The translations under genes were made by a program, and so were the position numbers. Below, in pieces: positions 52,840 to 64,000 of a stretch of DNA of 64,000 bases. The stretch's first letter is position 1; every line of letters begins with the position of its first letter. This DNA comes from Octopus bimaculoides (lineage: Eukaryota). The DNA is taken from assembly GCF_001194135.2 (NCBI RefSeq), contig NC_068988.1, positions 67,415,123-67,479,122 of the forward strand. Direction: 5' to 3'. The notes below the pieces were generated by a model that was not told the DNA's origin, ran no database searches, and saw only the letters and a list, made by a program, of their open reading frames with translations.

Positions 52840-53366
52840 CTATTGCTAGATAGACGTTGAGCCTGCAATAGGTCCATCCAAGCTTTCAACAGGTCTCGTT
52901 TTTAATCCTGCTGGGTTTCTAGCAACCTTCCTCACCAGGGTAGCCTGGTGGGGAGTGCAAGTTTAGTCGCCGGCAACCCGACCATGCAACAGGTTTTATT
53001 GGATTCCATGTTACCAATAGCACTTATGAGAGCCTCATTACATGCCTGTGATATGCAGGACACTGACTGGGAGAACAATGTATGTCATCACAACGGATGG
53101 AGGAAGCAGGTTAAGGAGGGGATCGACACTTTTGGGAGAGCACGTATCCAGCATGAAGAACTTAAGCGAGCTGCGCGAAGCGCACGGCTCATATAGTGAA
53201 TGGGGAAAGCTTGGTCTGCAATGTTTGCAGTCGTGTATGCTTGTCAAGAGCAGGGCTCATTATCCGACAACGGAGCTGCTAATGCAAAACATAAGTTAGT
53301 CCTTGAGCGCACAATGTTTCTGAAGGTCGGTAATGGTCTTCCTCGGTCACGAGTGGACGGCCATCA
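52840..53366 (+). mobile_element. Short RTE-derived element (non-coding 5' part fused to an RTE 3' end)
   Basis: RASLHACDM..DWE...WRKQVKEG..F.R.R...ELKRAAR, then CNVCSRVCLSRAGLIIRQRSC* (stop 53280-53282), a 3' UTR and a (TATG)n tail. Confidence 0.8.
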
Positions 53367-54377
53367 TGTATGTATGTATGTATGTATGTATGTATATATG
53401 TATATATGTATGTATGTATGTATGTATGCATGTATGTATGTATATATATGTGTGTGTGTGTATGTATGTATGTATGTATGTATGCATGTATGTATGCATG
53501 TATGTTTGTATGTGTGCATGTATGTGTTTGCCTGCGTGTGTTTGTGTATGTACAGCCGGGTGTGTAAGTACAGCCGTGTGTGTATGCTTATGTCACATGT
53601 CTATGAAAAAGATCACACTTGTGAACGACAGCTGCCCAACCATGTCATCAAGGGACTTCCTCTAAATGCGACTATGCGACATGATCTTGCTAAAGGAAAA
53701 TACAATACTATCACACATACACACAAAAGACTATACTAGAATAAATAAAGAGAATTCATGAATACATACACAAATATCAACACAAGCATTAGATTGTATA
53801 TACTCATTAAAACTTCTTACAAACACAACATGCTAGATATTGTTGATTGAATTCTACAAGAATAATATTCATAACGTCCGTTGCTCTCCTGATGTGAATA
53901 TATCCTCGAAAATCAAAGCGCAAGAGGTTAACAATCGACAAATGCTTTGAAACCTTCATGTCCTATTCACAGATTATAAATCCCCATTTATACTAATAAT
54001 ATTTGATTTTCTTAGTCCATTCTTACTTGACAACTTGGATAAACTAGTGTTTTATGGAAACCAAATCAACCAGCGAACTTCCATTCTACAAATACAACCT
54101 GTCAACAGACTAGTAAAATTATGCATGACTTCTTCTCAAGTTCAGAATGTGACATTGATTTCTTTATCTAGATTTCGACCATGTAGCTTTGTATTTTTAT
54201 TTGAAACCAACTCTTTCTTACAATACTCCACATAATTAGAAACTGAAGAGCACAATGATGCACGTACATACACACACACACACACATACACACACACACG
54301 CAGACACACACACACACACACACACACACAGCTATAAAATACATTAATAGCTAGATATATGTATATCTAGCTATTAA

Positions 54378-54436
<59 letters not shown>

Positions 54437-55499
54437 GTTATTTTAATCAACAGGAGTTAGAAAGTGACTGCATACATGCAGTATACCTTATGGTGGTTGT
54501 TTCAAAGTCTCTGTTTTCTTTATACTAAGAAATAGTTTCCTTAGAATTCTGAAGTTATTTCTACGTTTATTGTCTACCATAAAGGAAGATATGAAGTGGG
54601 AGTCTGCGTTATTCTAGATATCATATATTGCCTGTGAAAACGGAATATATTACTTTAGGTTTTATGATCTTATTATCAGATATTGCACAACATAACCCTG
54701 AAAACACCTGGGCAGAAGTATTAAGAAATATTCAGATTTCTGTAGTCAATACCTCTGTGAACAATCGAACGAGAATTTATTCATTTAATGTTTATATGAA
54801 GGAAATATATTACTAAAATGTTTCTAAATTGCATTGACACACTGGAAAAGAGGGGGATGCTAAGTAATGTGCGGCTTATATGTAATAGATAAAATACTCG
54901 TATCAAACTATTAACTCTATTTAATAATATATTTATAGGCTAATATAGAATCCTTAGGTAGCTCTACTTTATAATCTATAAGAGCATTTTCAGGATCACG
55001 AAAATTATAAAATTACGAGGAAAAGATTTATTCCTACACCAGAAAGTTGTATGACGTCTGTCCAAAAGGAAAGCAAATATTTAAGGCAGTGCACCTACTA
55101 GCCGACGCAGCCCTTTCGTGACTGCGCTGCTGTGCATGGAATTGTTACAACCTAATGATAGCCACGTCTGACTATGCTCGTTAAACACCAATTAAAATAT
55201 GCTGGAGAGAATGCATTTGGCGATCCGTCACAAGTTCAATAACGATGAACTTCGAACAGGAACATGAGGATATGAAATTCTTCTTCAGATGAAGAAATAT
55301 TACGATAACTTGTATAATGTTGCTTCAGGTCAACATTGAAGATATTTCGAGTTCTATGTAATATCAAGAGTGGTGCTAATGTTGCAAATAGAGAAAGACA
55401 TGCACGGAAAACTATCCGAGATATACGAAAGTGTATGCTGTGATACATGTGAAGCAATGACTAAATGTCAGTGAAGTTTTCAATGTAGTAGACATCTGT

Positions 55500-55935
55500 A
55501 AATGATGTCACATAATTTCAAAGAAAATGAATAATTTTGCAACGAAATTTCTACAGCATCTGCTGACAGGTGTACAGAGTGGAAGCAAAACGGTGTTGAA
55601 CTGTCCCATTGCCTGCAACATGCAAAAAAATTGGATAAAAGTTATAACAAGTGACGAAGCTCAGATATGTGGTTTCGCTGTTGGAAAAAAGAAGGCATTC
55701 ATCAAAAGGGTTTGATTCGACGTGGCTACTAGTAGAAAAAAAGAAAGAAACACATTAGAATCTTGAAAATATAGACTGCCTTTTTTGTCACTGGAAGCGC
55801 CATTTATTGTGAATTTGTTCATGTGGCCTGATAATATAATTATTTACTTGGATGTTCCGAGGGAGAAATGTGTAGGAAAAACTCGGAGATATGAAAGAAC
55901 AACCCATTCCCTCACATTACTCTTTACCTATAAGT
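55500..55935 (+). mobile_element. mariner transposase relic
   Basis: FATKFLQHLLT (cf. AKFVP.LLT), VITSDEAQICGF (cf. TGDETW), a FF..G.I..EFV motif and IYLDV. Confidence 0.65.
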
Positions 55936-57002
55936 TTCTCACGAAGTGGAGTTGATTATCATTCTCCGGCGCCAAAGAGTTCTCATTGTTTATGATGTTG
56001 AATTCTACCTTGAAAAGATCTCAAATTTTAGACAAGGGAAAATATCATGGAAATTTCGTAAAGTTTCCAAGCACATTCCGCTTGAAAATCACCCTATCAC
56101 ATGTTTAAAAAAGGGAATATCTTGGGAGGTGGATATAAACGTTGAAGGGAAAAATTCCGAACCAAACAAGACAGATTAAATTTTAAGTAGAACAATAAAA
56201 CCTTGTTCTTCAAAAACATTGGTTCAGGAGAATTTATGTAGAAGGTTAACATTTAGTTATATCAACTCAAAATTGTTTTCAGTCAAATTAACTGAGACAC
56301 ATATAAGTGTTTTCTTGCGTAGCAGAATATAGCATATAATTCAATCATATATAACATGAAGTTGGGTATATAGTTCTGATATAAATTAACATTTTTGAAA
56401 TAACTTTTTTTCTTCGGCTAGTCCTCGATTTTATTGTCAACTGCAAATTTAGTGAAGGAAATAGAAATGTTTTTGGCTTTCAAATTAAAATGTAAAAAGT
56501 ACTCCCACCAATAAAAGACTGAAAACGAATCTAAGACAAAATCAATACAAATAAATGCAAAACGAAATACAAATTTTCAAAAAACAAACTTAATTCTCTG
56601 AGAAACTTTGCTAAAAACAGAAAAGAATATTCTATGTATAAAGACATTTCGTGTTTTAGCATGTGACCTGTAATCAAGTCTAAGTCAATTATAATATTCT
56701 ACTGAAATATTTACACATTTTTAAAGAAATTAAACATATGTTAGTAGAAGTAGTAGTAGTAGTAGTATATGTATATATATANNNNNNNNNNNNNNNNNNN
56801 NNNNNNNNNNNNNNNNNNNNNNNNNNNNNNNNNNNNNNNNNNNNNNNNNNNNNNNNNNNNNNNNNNNNNNNNNNNNNNNNNNNNNNNNNNNNNNNNNNNN
56901 NNNNNNNNNNNNNNNNNNNNNNNNNNNNNNNNNNNNNNNNNNNNNNNNNNNNNNNNNNNNNNNNNNNNNNNNNNNNNNNNNNNNNNNNNNNNNNNNNNNN
57001 NN

Positions 57003-57040
<38 letters not shown>

Positions 57041-57072
57041 GCGCGAGCGCACGCACACATATACATACATGG

Positions 57073-57108
<36 letters not shown>

Positions 57109-57643
57109 TATATAAGTTCACGTGCCTCTGTATATGGTTATTTATAGACATATACTGTAACTGTGTTAATACCTGCATTATATACATAGATTAAGTAGTT
57201 TATTTAAAATTATACCGAAATGAGATCAACTCTCTTTTCTCCCTCTGTTTCCGAGTCCGTAAGTTAAGTACAATTCGAGCACCTCTCTCACCCTGCTCTC
57301 TTACTCTTTTCTTGTGGCTGTGTTTCTCTGTCTGTCTCAAACTCCCTTTGAGAATTGACTATAATATGATCCCAGTAGAGTCATGTCAATCAGTCACCCA
57401 GTACTCCAGGAATGAATCTACCTGTGCAAAGGGCCCACAGATTTCTTCTCGTTGAAAATCAAACTTGTACTGAGCGATTACGACCCAATATATATAGCAC
57501 TACGAAACATGGAACATTAATAGCAACTATATAAGGACACATGATATAATGTAAGATAGCATATATACTTATGTTTCATTAGATATATGTGCGTACGTAC
57601 GTATGTACGTATGCAAGTATTTATGTATGCATGTATGTATGTG

Positions 57644-57674
<31 letters not shown>

Positions 57675-58035
57675 GAAAGGAAGTGTAAGACTAATAATTC
57701 ACACAGTTCAAAACTAAATAAATCCGTAAGTAAAAGACAGAAAATTACTTCTAACTTTGAATGTATTTGAATATTTATTAGAAGAGGAGTTTAATAAAAT
57801 TACAAACGATATTTTTTTTTATGAGAGTATGAAACTATTCCAAGACTTTCTAAATATGATATGTATTTAAAGTGCTTTGATCTCTTCGTCTGCATAACAG
57901 CTATCTGTGTTTAGAAAATTATAATATAAAATTATCATATGATTTTATTCAGGTATTACCATTATTATACCATTTCATAGATATGAAGAAAATAGAATAG
58001 CGTCATTATTCTCATAAAATATATATATTCCTGTG

Positions 58036-58116
<81 letters not shown>

Positions 58117-58175
58117 TGTTTGTGCGTATTTAGATGACCGCAGCTGCATGGTTGGACTATATGAAAGAATAAAAG

Positions 58176-58212
<37 letters not shown>

Positions 58213-58344
58213 TTAGATATATAGATAAATAGATTGATGGACAGAGAGATAGACAGATAGATAGATAGATAGACAGATAGTCAGATAGAGTAGATAGATA
58301 GACAGACAGACAGGAATACCCCCCCCCCCCACATACATATATAG

Positions 58345-58500
58345 ATAGACAGATATTCTGTCTTTTACTTGGTGTGTAGTATTTAGTCGATCAAGTCGAT
58401 ACCAAAACTTACGTTTTGGTAAGCCTGGTACTTATTTTACCATGTTCTTCTATCGATATACTCTGTTACAGGGACTTAGCCAAACCAACATCTGACCCCC
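58345..58500 (-). mobile_element. SINE family B internal fragment
   Basis: TTTAGTCGATCAAGTCGA...GGTACTTATT...TTCTATCGAT, the reverse complement of the family B body. Confidence 0.65.
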
Positions 58501-59065
58501 CCCCCCTCCACACATCCATCCATCTCTTTATCTCTCTCTTATATTTTGCTTGCTTCAGTCATGTATCCACTCTAATGCTTATTTTGAGTTTTTTCTGTTG
58601 CTGTCATATATTTTGAAGTTTTAAAATTAACTGTAATTTCTCAAATTTCGTACATTGATGAAAATTGGTGTAATTTTTCACGATGAATACATTTTTGCTA
58701 TTCATTGTTTTCAGAAAACATTTTTTTTTTTTTTGCAAAATACTACAGAGGATTAAATTTTGATAATTGTTACCCACTCAGGAAACAAGATTAGGAAGCT
58801 GGCATTTTCTACTTGATAGCTGTCTATCACTTATTGAAACTAAAATCATTACAACTACGAATTATTAATAAATCAATGGAAGACGAAACATTACGAAGAC
58901 GAAAGTTGTAAAGAGGTTTGAAGTTTTTATAAGTATTAATGAATAAATAAAGTCAAGTGAAATCGACGAAGAGGTATGAAAATTCTTTAAAAAGGAAAAA
59001 TGTTCAACAAAAAATCTTTGCGAAGAATTCCCCCCACACAGGTTTAGGTTTAGGTTTAGGTTAAT

Positions 59066-59192
59066 ATATACGAAATCCACTTACAAGGTTTTGGTTGGTC
59101 CTGGGAGATAGTGGAAGACACTTGCCAAATGTGACACGAAGTGGAAATGAACCTGGAACCATGCGGCTGGCAAGCAAACACCTTACCATAAA
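59066..59192 (-). mobile_element. SINE family B 5' part
   Basis: Reverse complement TGGTAAGGTGTTTGCTTGCC...CATGGTTCCAGGTTCATTTCC...GGCAAGTGTCTTC...GTGGATTT. Confidence 0.8.
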
Positions 59193-60800
59193 CTCTCTCT
59201 CACGCACACACGCACACACGCACACACACACATACATACACACATACACACACACACACATGTATTTAACAAAGTAAACAACAGGTTTACGGTCTTCTGC
59301 ACAGATAAATCAAGGGCAGGACAGAAAGAACACAAGCTGAAATCCAACAAAACAGGACAAAAACAAGATACACGGATAATTTTCAGCTGATTTCTTCTTC
59401 AGTCAGTGTCCGGAAAATCCTTGCAGTTTCGCCCTTTTTTTATTACTGAGATTGCTCGAATCCGGCAAGTGTCAGGGACTTTAGCTAAAAGGATTAAGCC
59501 TCTAGGAAAAGTGAACGAAGAGCGAAAACAAGGACTGAAACAAAATAAGAAAGCTTGAATTATACGCATACAACAGACAAACATCTTTCAGCTATAGAAC
59601 AGAAGGAAAATAATTGTACATTTCGTATACGAATAAATATAGAACAGAAATGGTCTTTCAACTATCGGACGAAAGTAACGCTATGAAATATTAATGCAAG
59701 TGCAACAGGAAAAGAATTAAATATACATAATGGACACGCGCTTTTCGACTAAACACACGCACACAGACACACACAGACACAGACACACACACACATATAT
59801 ATAAGTGAGTGTGTCTTTGTGTACGTATACGTCAATGTATATGTATAAGTGTGAGTATGCGTGTGTGTGTGTGTGCGTATTTAAACTCTGTTTAAGTAAT
59901 TAAAGCACCAGCGAAAAAAAAAAAAGAATCGCATGTGCCTTTATCAGTATTCTAAGCGCTGCTACAAATCTTGGGCCATCCAATAGAAGTAAAAAAAAAA
60001 AAAGAAAGAAATAGTGTTAGCAATAAATTCACTATTCTTCGTATTGAAAGAAACCTTTATATAGAAGCAAGGAATGTACCGTATCAATTTACTAGTCTAC
60101 ATGATTATTAGTAGACCAACATCATAAAATTATCGAAATTATCACCTAGAACTCCGCGTGTCGTCATGAAAATGTTTCCACGTGGAACATGTTATCTCAT
60201 GTTCCAATTTAATTGTAAATCTTGTCGAAATAAATGGAAGAGAAGGTTGTCATAGTTTATCACTTTTCCCAGAATATTTTATGTCTCTGAAATCGCTACA
60301 CCATAGAATGGAATCATGTCCTACTACTCCACTGTTATAATATGCTCTGTTATACACAGAAACAAAAACACACATACGCGCGCGCACACTCACGCAGAGA
60401 CGTACACATACAAACACATAACCAAATACAATTATATATATATTTGGTTGAAAATTGAACAACAGCCAGAAAGCGAAAAGCAATAGATAGAAGCTGAACA
60501 GAGAACAACAAACAAGACGTGTTAGCGTCAAACTTATATACCTTGTTCGTTCTTCCTTTACCTTCTTCTGTCTTTTTTATTTTGAATCATATATATGCTC
60601 ACGTGTTCACTCCAGTTTGATTCTGCTCGATTGACGTAACCTCTCTCTTGGTCACGCATATCCTTTCCTTCCGTCTTCTTGGACCTTTCCTACCTCTCCT
60701 CAATTGATTTATCACCACTCCACCCGGACTACTATTGAGATTTTATACTTCTCAGATTCTACCATGTATCTTACTGTTCGCTGCTGTTGATGTATATATT

Positions 60801-61179
60801 TATGTATGTATGTATGTATGTATGTATGTATGTATGCATGCATGATTAGATATCGTTATTCAGTTTTATTTCAAAATCTTTTGTCAATAGAGAAAAAGGT
60901 GGCTTCTAACCTAGATCCAAGTCTCCTTTGTTGGGATTTCAACAACATCAACAGAATATTTTTGCATATATGTCTTCGTATATGTGCAATAGTTGGAGTC
61001 AGTGTATGTGCAGCATTCTATGGTTTGTTTTACGTATGTATTGTTATGCATATAGTTTCATATCTCGACATAAGCAAATACACTGAGATGATATACTTCT
61101 GGAAAGTTTTATAAATTTTTACAGTTCCAATGATGGCTTGGATCTGTAGCTTTCGAATCAGATTTCTTCTTTCTGGTTT

Positions 61180-61181
<2 letters not shown>
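60801..61181 (-). mobile_element. Second, heavily 5'-truncated Dong/R4 copy
   Basis: Reverse complement aligns to 3870-4200. ORF end KPERRNLIRKLQIQAIIGTVKIYKTFQKYI, the same 3' UTR (ATACATACGTAAAACAAA; TAGGTTAGAA) and a (CATA)n tail. Confidence 0.88.
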
Positions 61182-61211
<30 letters not shown>

Positions 61212-61230
61212 TGTATGTATGTATGTATGT

Positions 61231-61373
61231 CTGAATATCCCCCGAGAACTACGTTAAGGGTGCACGTGTCTGTGGAGTGCTCAGCCACTTGCACGTTAAT
61301 TTCACGAGCAGGCTGTTCCGTTGATCGGATCAACTGGAACCCTTGACGTCGTAAGCGACGGAGTGCCAACAAC
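61231..61373 (+). mobile_element. SINE family C 3' fragment between (TATG)n arrays
   Basis: Near-identical to 52605-52730. Confidence 0.85.
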
Positions 61374-62337
61374 ATGTATGTATGTATGTATGTATGTATG
61401 TATTTATGTATGTATTGTAATCACATTTATTTCTATTTCGAAGACCGTTCCGAAAATGTCTAGATTAGAGAAAATTTTAAATGTATGGTGTTTCACTCAA
61501 AGAGTGGCAGAGCTTAACACCATCACCTGCCTTTGGTGGAATTAATTCTCCTGGAAACATTCGCGCCGTGTCTTTGTTGGTGTGAAAATAATCCTCTTTC
61601 TCCCCCCACACCGGTCTCTGAGGTCATTAAATGCTGTTGGCTGATGCTTTTCTTTCTCTGAATAATGCATGTCCATAAAGAAACTGTCACCGTGTGATCA
61701 GGTTACACTGGTGTTTTCCAAGGAAGCTTAAACATTCTCTCTGCTGCTAAATACAGGGAGAGAGAAGAAGACAGAGAGTGAGAATAGGGGAAGGAACAGA
61801 AGAGAAAAGGTAGAAAGTGAGAGAGGAGATAGAGAGAGAGAGAGATAGAAAGTCTCAGAAGCTGGATGTGAAAGGCTCTTAGCTTTACAGATATATGTGT
61901 TTGTATGGGTAGGTGACTGAACGTTTGCGTGTGATTGTGCTTGTGAGTAAATGTATGAGAATGTGTGTCGATGGCAACAAAGAGATCTTTCACGTACCAA
62001 GTATATATAGTGAAACTCGCCTAGCTACACATTCCCACAAACATCTTTACCACTGAAGGAAAAACGAAATTTACTAAACTGGGAATCAAATGTAGCCGCC
62101 ATTGTAAACAGCATTAATCTTTCATCTCAGCTGTATACAGTTCTTCGCAAGTGAAGTCGAAATACCGATACATTTTCGCAATGAGTAGATTCCGGTATAA
62201 ATCAAACTCCCAATGTGTTTTTTTTTTGTGTTTTATTTATACATTTTGACGATGCTGATGGTCTACACTTATAGCAGAGTTTTCTGCTATTATTCTTCCT
62301 TCTTTTCCGTGCTTTCCGTGCTTATGTACAGGCGTGG

Positions 62338-62369
<32 letters not shown>

Positions 62370-62424
62370 GAAAGAAAGAAATAGTGTCAGAGATAAGGAA
62401 GGGGAGAACTCGACCTTAATAGTG

Positions 62425-62570
62425 ACTGGTAAGTTATTTCTCGATTCTCACATTATATGGCACTAAGTGGATTTCAGTGGAATTTGAAACCAGAAGGCAG
62501 AAAGCCAGAATAAATGCTGAAATGCTTTCAATATATCGCTCTCACAACTGTGACAGTTCGTCATCTGAAC
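62425..62570 (-). mobile_element. SINE family A, degenerate
   Basis: Reverse complement has TTCTGGTTTCAAATTCCACTGAAATCCAC and AATAACTTACCAGT. Confidence 0.55.
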
Positions 62571-63012
62571 TAATGGCAATATATGTAGTTGAGGAAGCAC
62601 AAATACTGTAAATAGATTTAATTATTTGATAAGGGTCAGACATTATAAGTAAATTGATAATATACATTTTTTCATTTTGAAATGTACGTGAAACAAATTA
62701 GGACATGTTTCAGTTTAATTTAACTCCATCAAGAGGGTGAGGGAGATAAGTGATAGAATCCTGCAAAAAGAATACCAAACCAAAATATATATTTTGTTTA
62801 TATGATTACTGCTGTTTAAAAGTCGTTAATCATCATCTTTATCAATGATTTTGTTTTATCCATTTTGAAGAGTCTGCGACGGTGAAAATTATCTGTCTTA
62901 AATATGCCTACTTTATTTCAGAAAACTCTGAATGCTATCACCTACAACTTGTGACTTCTGATAATGCGTTAATATTGATATTTTGACTCCGTCTATATAA
63001 AACATTATATAA

Positions 63013-63068
<56 letters not shown>

Positions 63069-64000
63069 TTAAAACATTACATATACATATACATATATAT
63101 ATATACAGAGAGAGAGAGCCAGATACAGAGACAGAGTGGAAGAGTGATAGAGAGATATACATCTATATTAGCTACCATTCTTTATATAGAAATTAAACAA
63201 ACGAATGACTGACTGAATGAACTTTGCTTCATGTTTTTCACATATTCCGTTATATGATATTGTATCATGCCATTTCTTCTTGCAATGCAGGATGATGATA
63301 TTTTCCACAGTACCATAGAGTGAAGGTCTATTTGTGTCAAGAAAAATTATTGGCAGTTCTTTTAGGCTGTTGCTTTGTTGAGCATCGAAGAAAACGGTTT
63401 CTCATATTTAGTTACAAGCCTGTATGTTTTCAGCTGGAATCTCACCGGTGTCACATTTACCATTTATCCTTCTTGCTCGGATAAAATAAATGTACCAGTC
63501 AAATACTAAGTGGAATTTATTTTCCTCTAATGCATCCTGGATGTGGATGAAATTATAAAAGAAGAAAAAGGACAAGAAAAACGAGGAGAGGGAGAATAAG
63601 TATATAAGAATGAAAAGAATGAAGCAGAGAATCTAATGCATATCATGGATGGATTACTGTCGTAACTTTTCATGGTCCAATTGTGTTTTGCTTCATCACA
63701 ATTATCACTGACAGTGTAATAGTTTCGAATTCAAAGATCAGAAGAATGTATATCTTTCTTTATCTTGTTTAATGTTACACAATTCATATAGGATCAATTT
63801 TAACAATTAACGCATTTGTGAGATCTACATACTTTTGCGTACATGAAATCAACGAAACGTTATTCCAATCACTATATTAAGGTGTTAACAACCTACAGGA
63901 ATATGTGTATTAGTTATAAAATACCAAAGGCCAAGTACGAATACGTGTCCCAGCTGCAAATTATATAATCAGCTCAGAACAAAAAACAGTCCCGGATGTA

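Noticed and set aside
59041-59063. (TTTAGG)x3 interstitial telomere-like repeat
   Set aside because: Too short, and it differs from the usual molluscan TTAGGG.
59360-59415. Minus-strand CTGAAGA...GAAA motif
   Set aside because: Stem II has only 2 bp and stems I and III do not pair.
62332-62428. Exon candidate encoding an R/E/K-rich peptide
   Set aside because: The acceptor is good, but the body is a GA microsatellite and the donor lies inside a SINE relic.

Overview
AT-rich eukaryotic genomic DNA, rich in microsatellites ((TA)n, (CA)n, (GA)n, (TATG)n, (TAT)n), with many N gaps next to those repeats. The repeat landscape most resembles a cephalopod (Octopus-like) assembly; this is inference. 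I found no intact multi-domain host gene, and most predicted ORFs are translations of microsatellites or gaps. The window is mainly degenerate mobile elements: two Dong/R4-type RLE LINE copies, a HERO-type RLE LINE, RTE fragments, an I-group LINE relic, a possible DIRS recombinase relic, three mariner relics, a hAT Buster/Charlie transposase, a hAT MITE with a perfect 8-bp TSD, a pogo-like MITE and three tRNA-SINE families. The most interesting signals are: (i) both Dong/R4 copies sit inside (CATA)n at both ends, suggesting microsatellite-targeted integration; (ii) several Penelope-type minimal hammerhead ribozyme motifs, one nearly intact at 35213-35257; (iii) a ~650-bp foldback with a tRNA-like module in each arm; (iv) a 2-kb segment bounded by 30-bp TIRs and TA; (v) a phase-compatible chain of plus-strand micro-exon candidates. 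All protein-family calls come from manual translation and motif recognition, not database searches.
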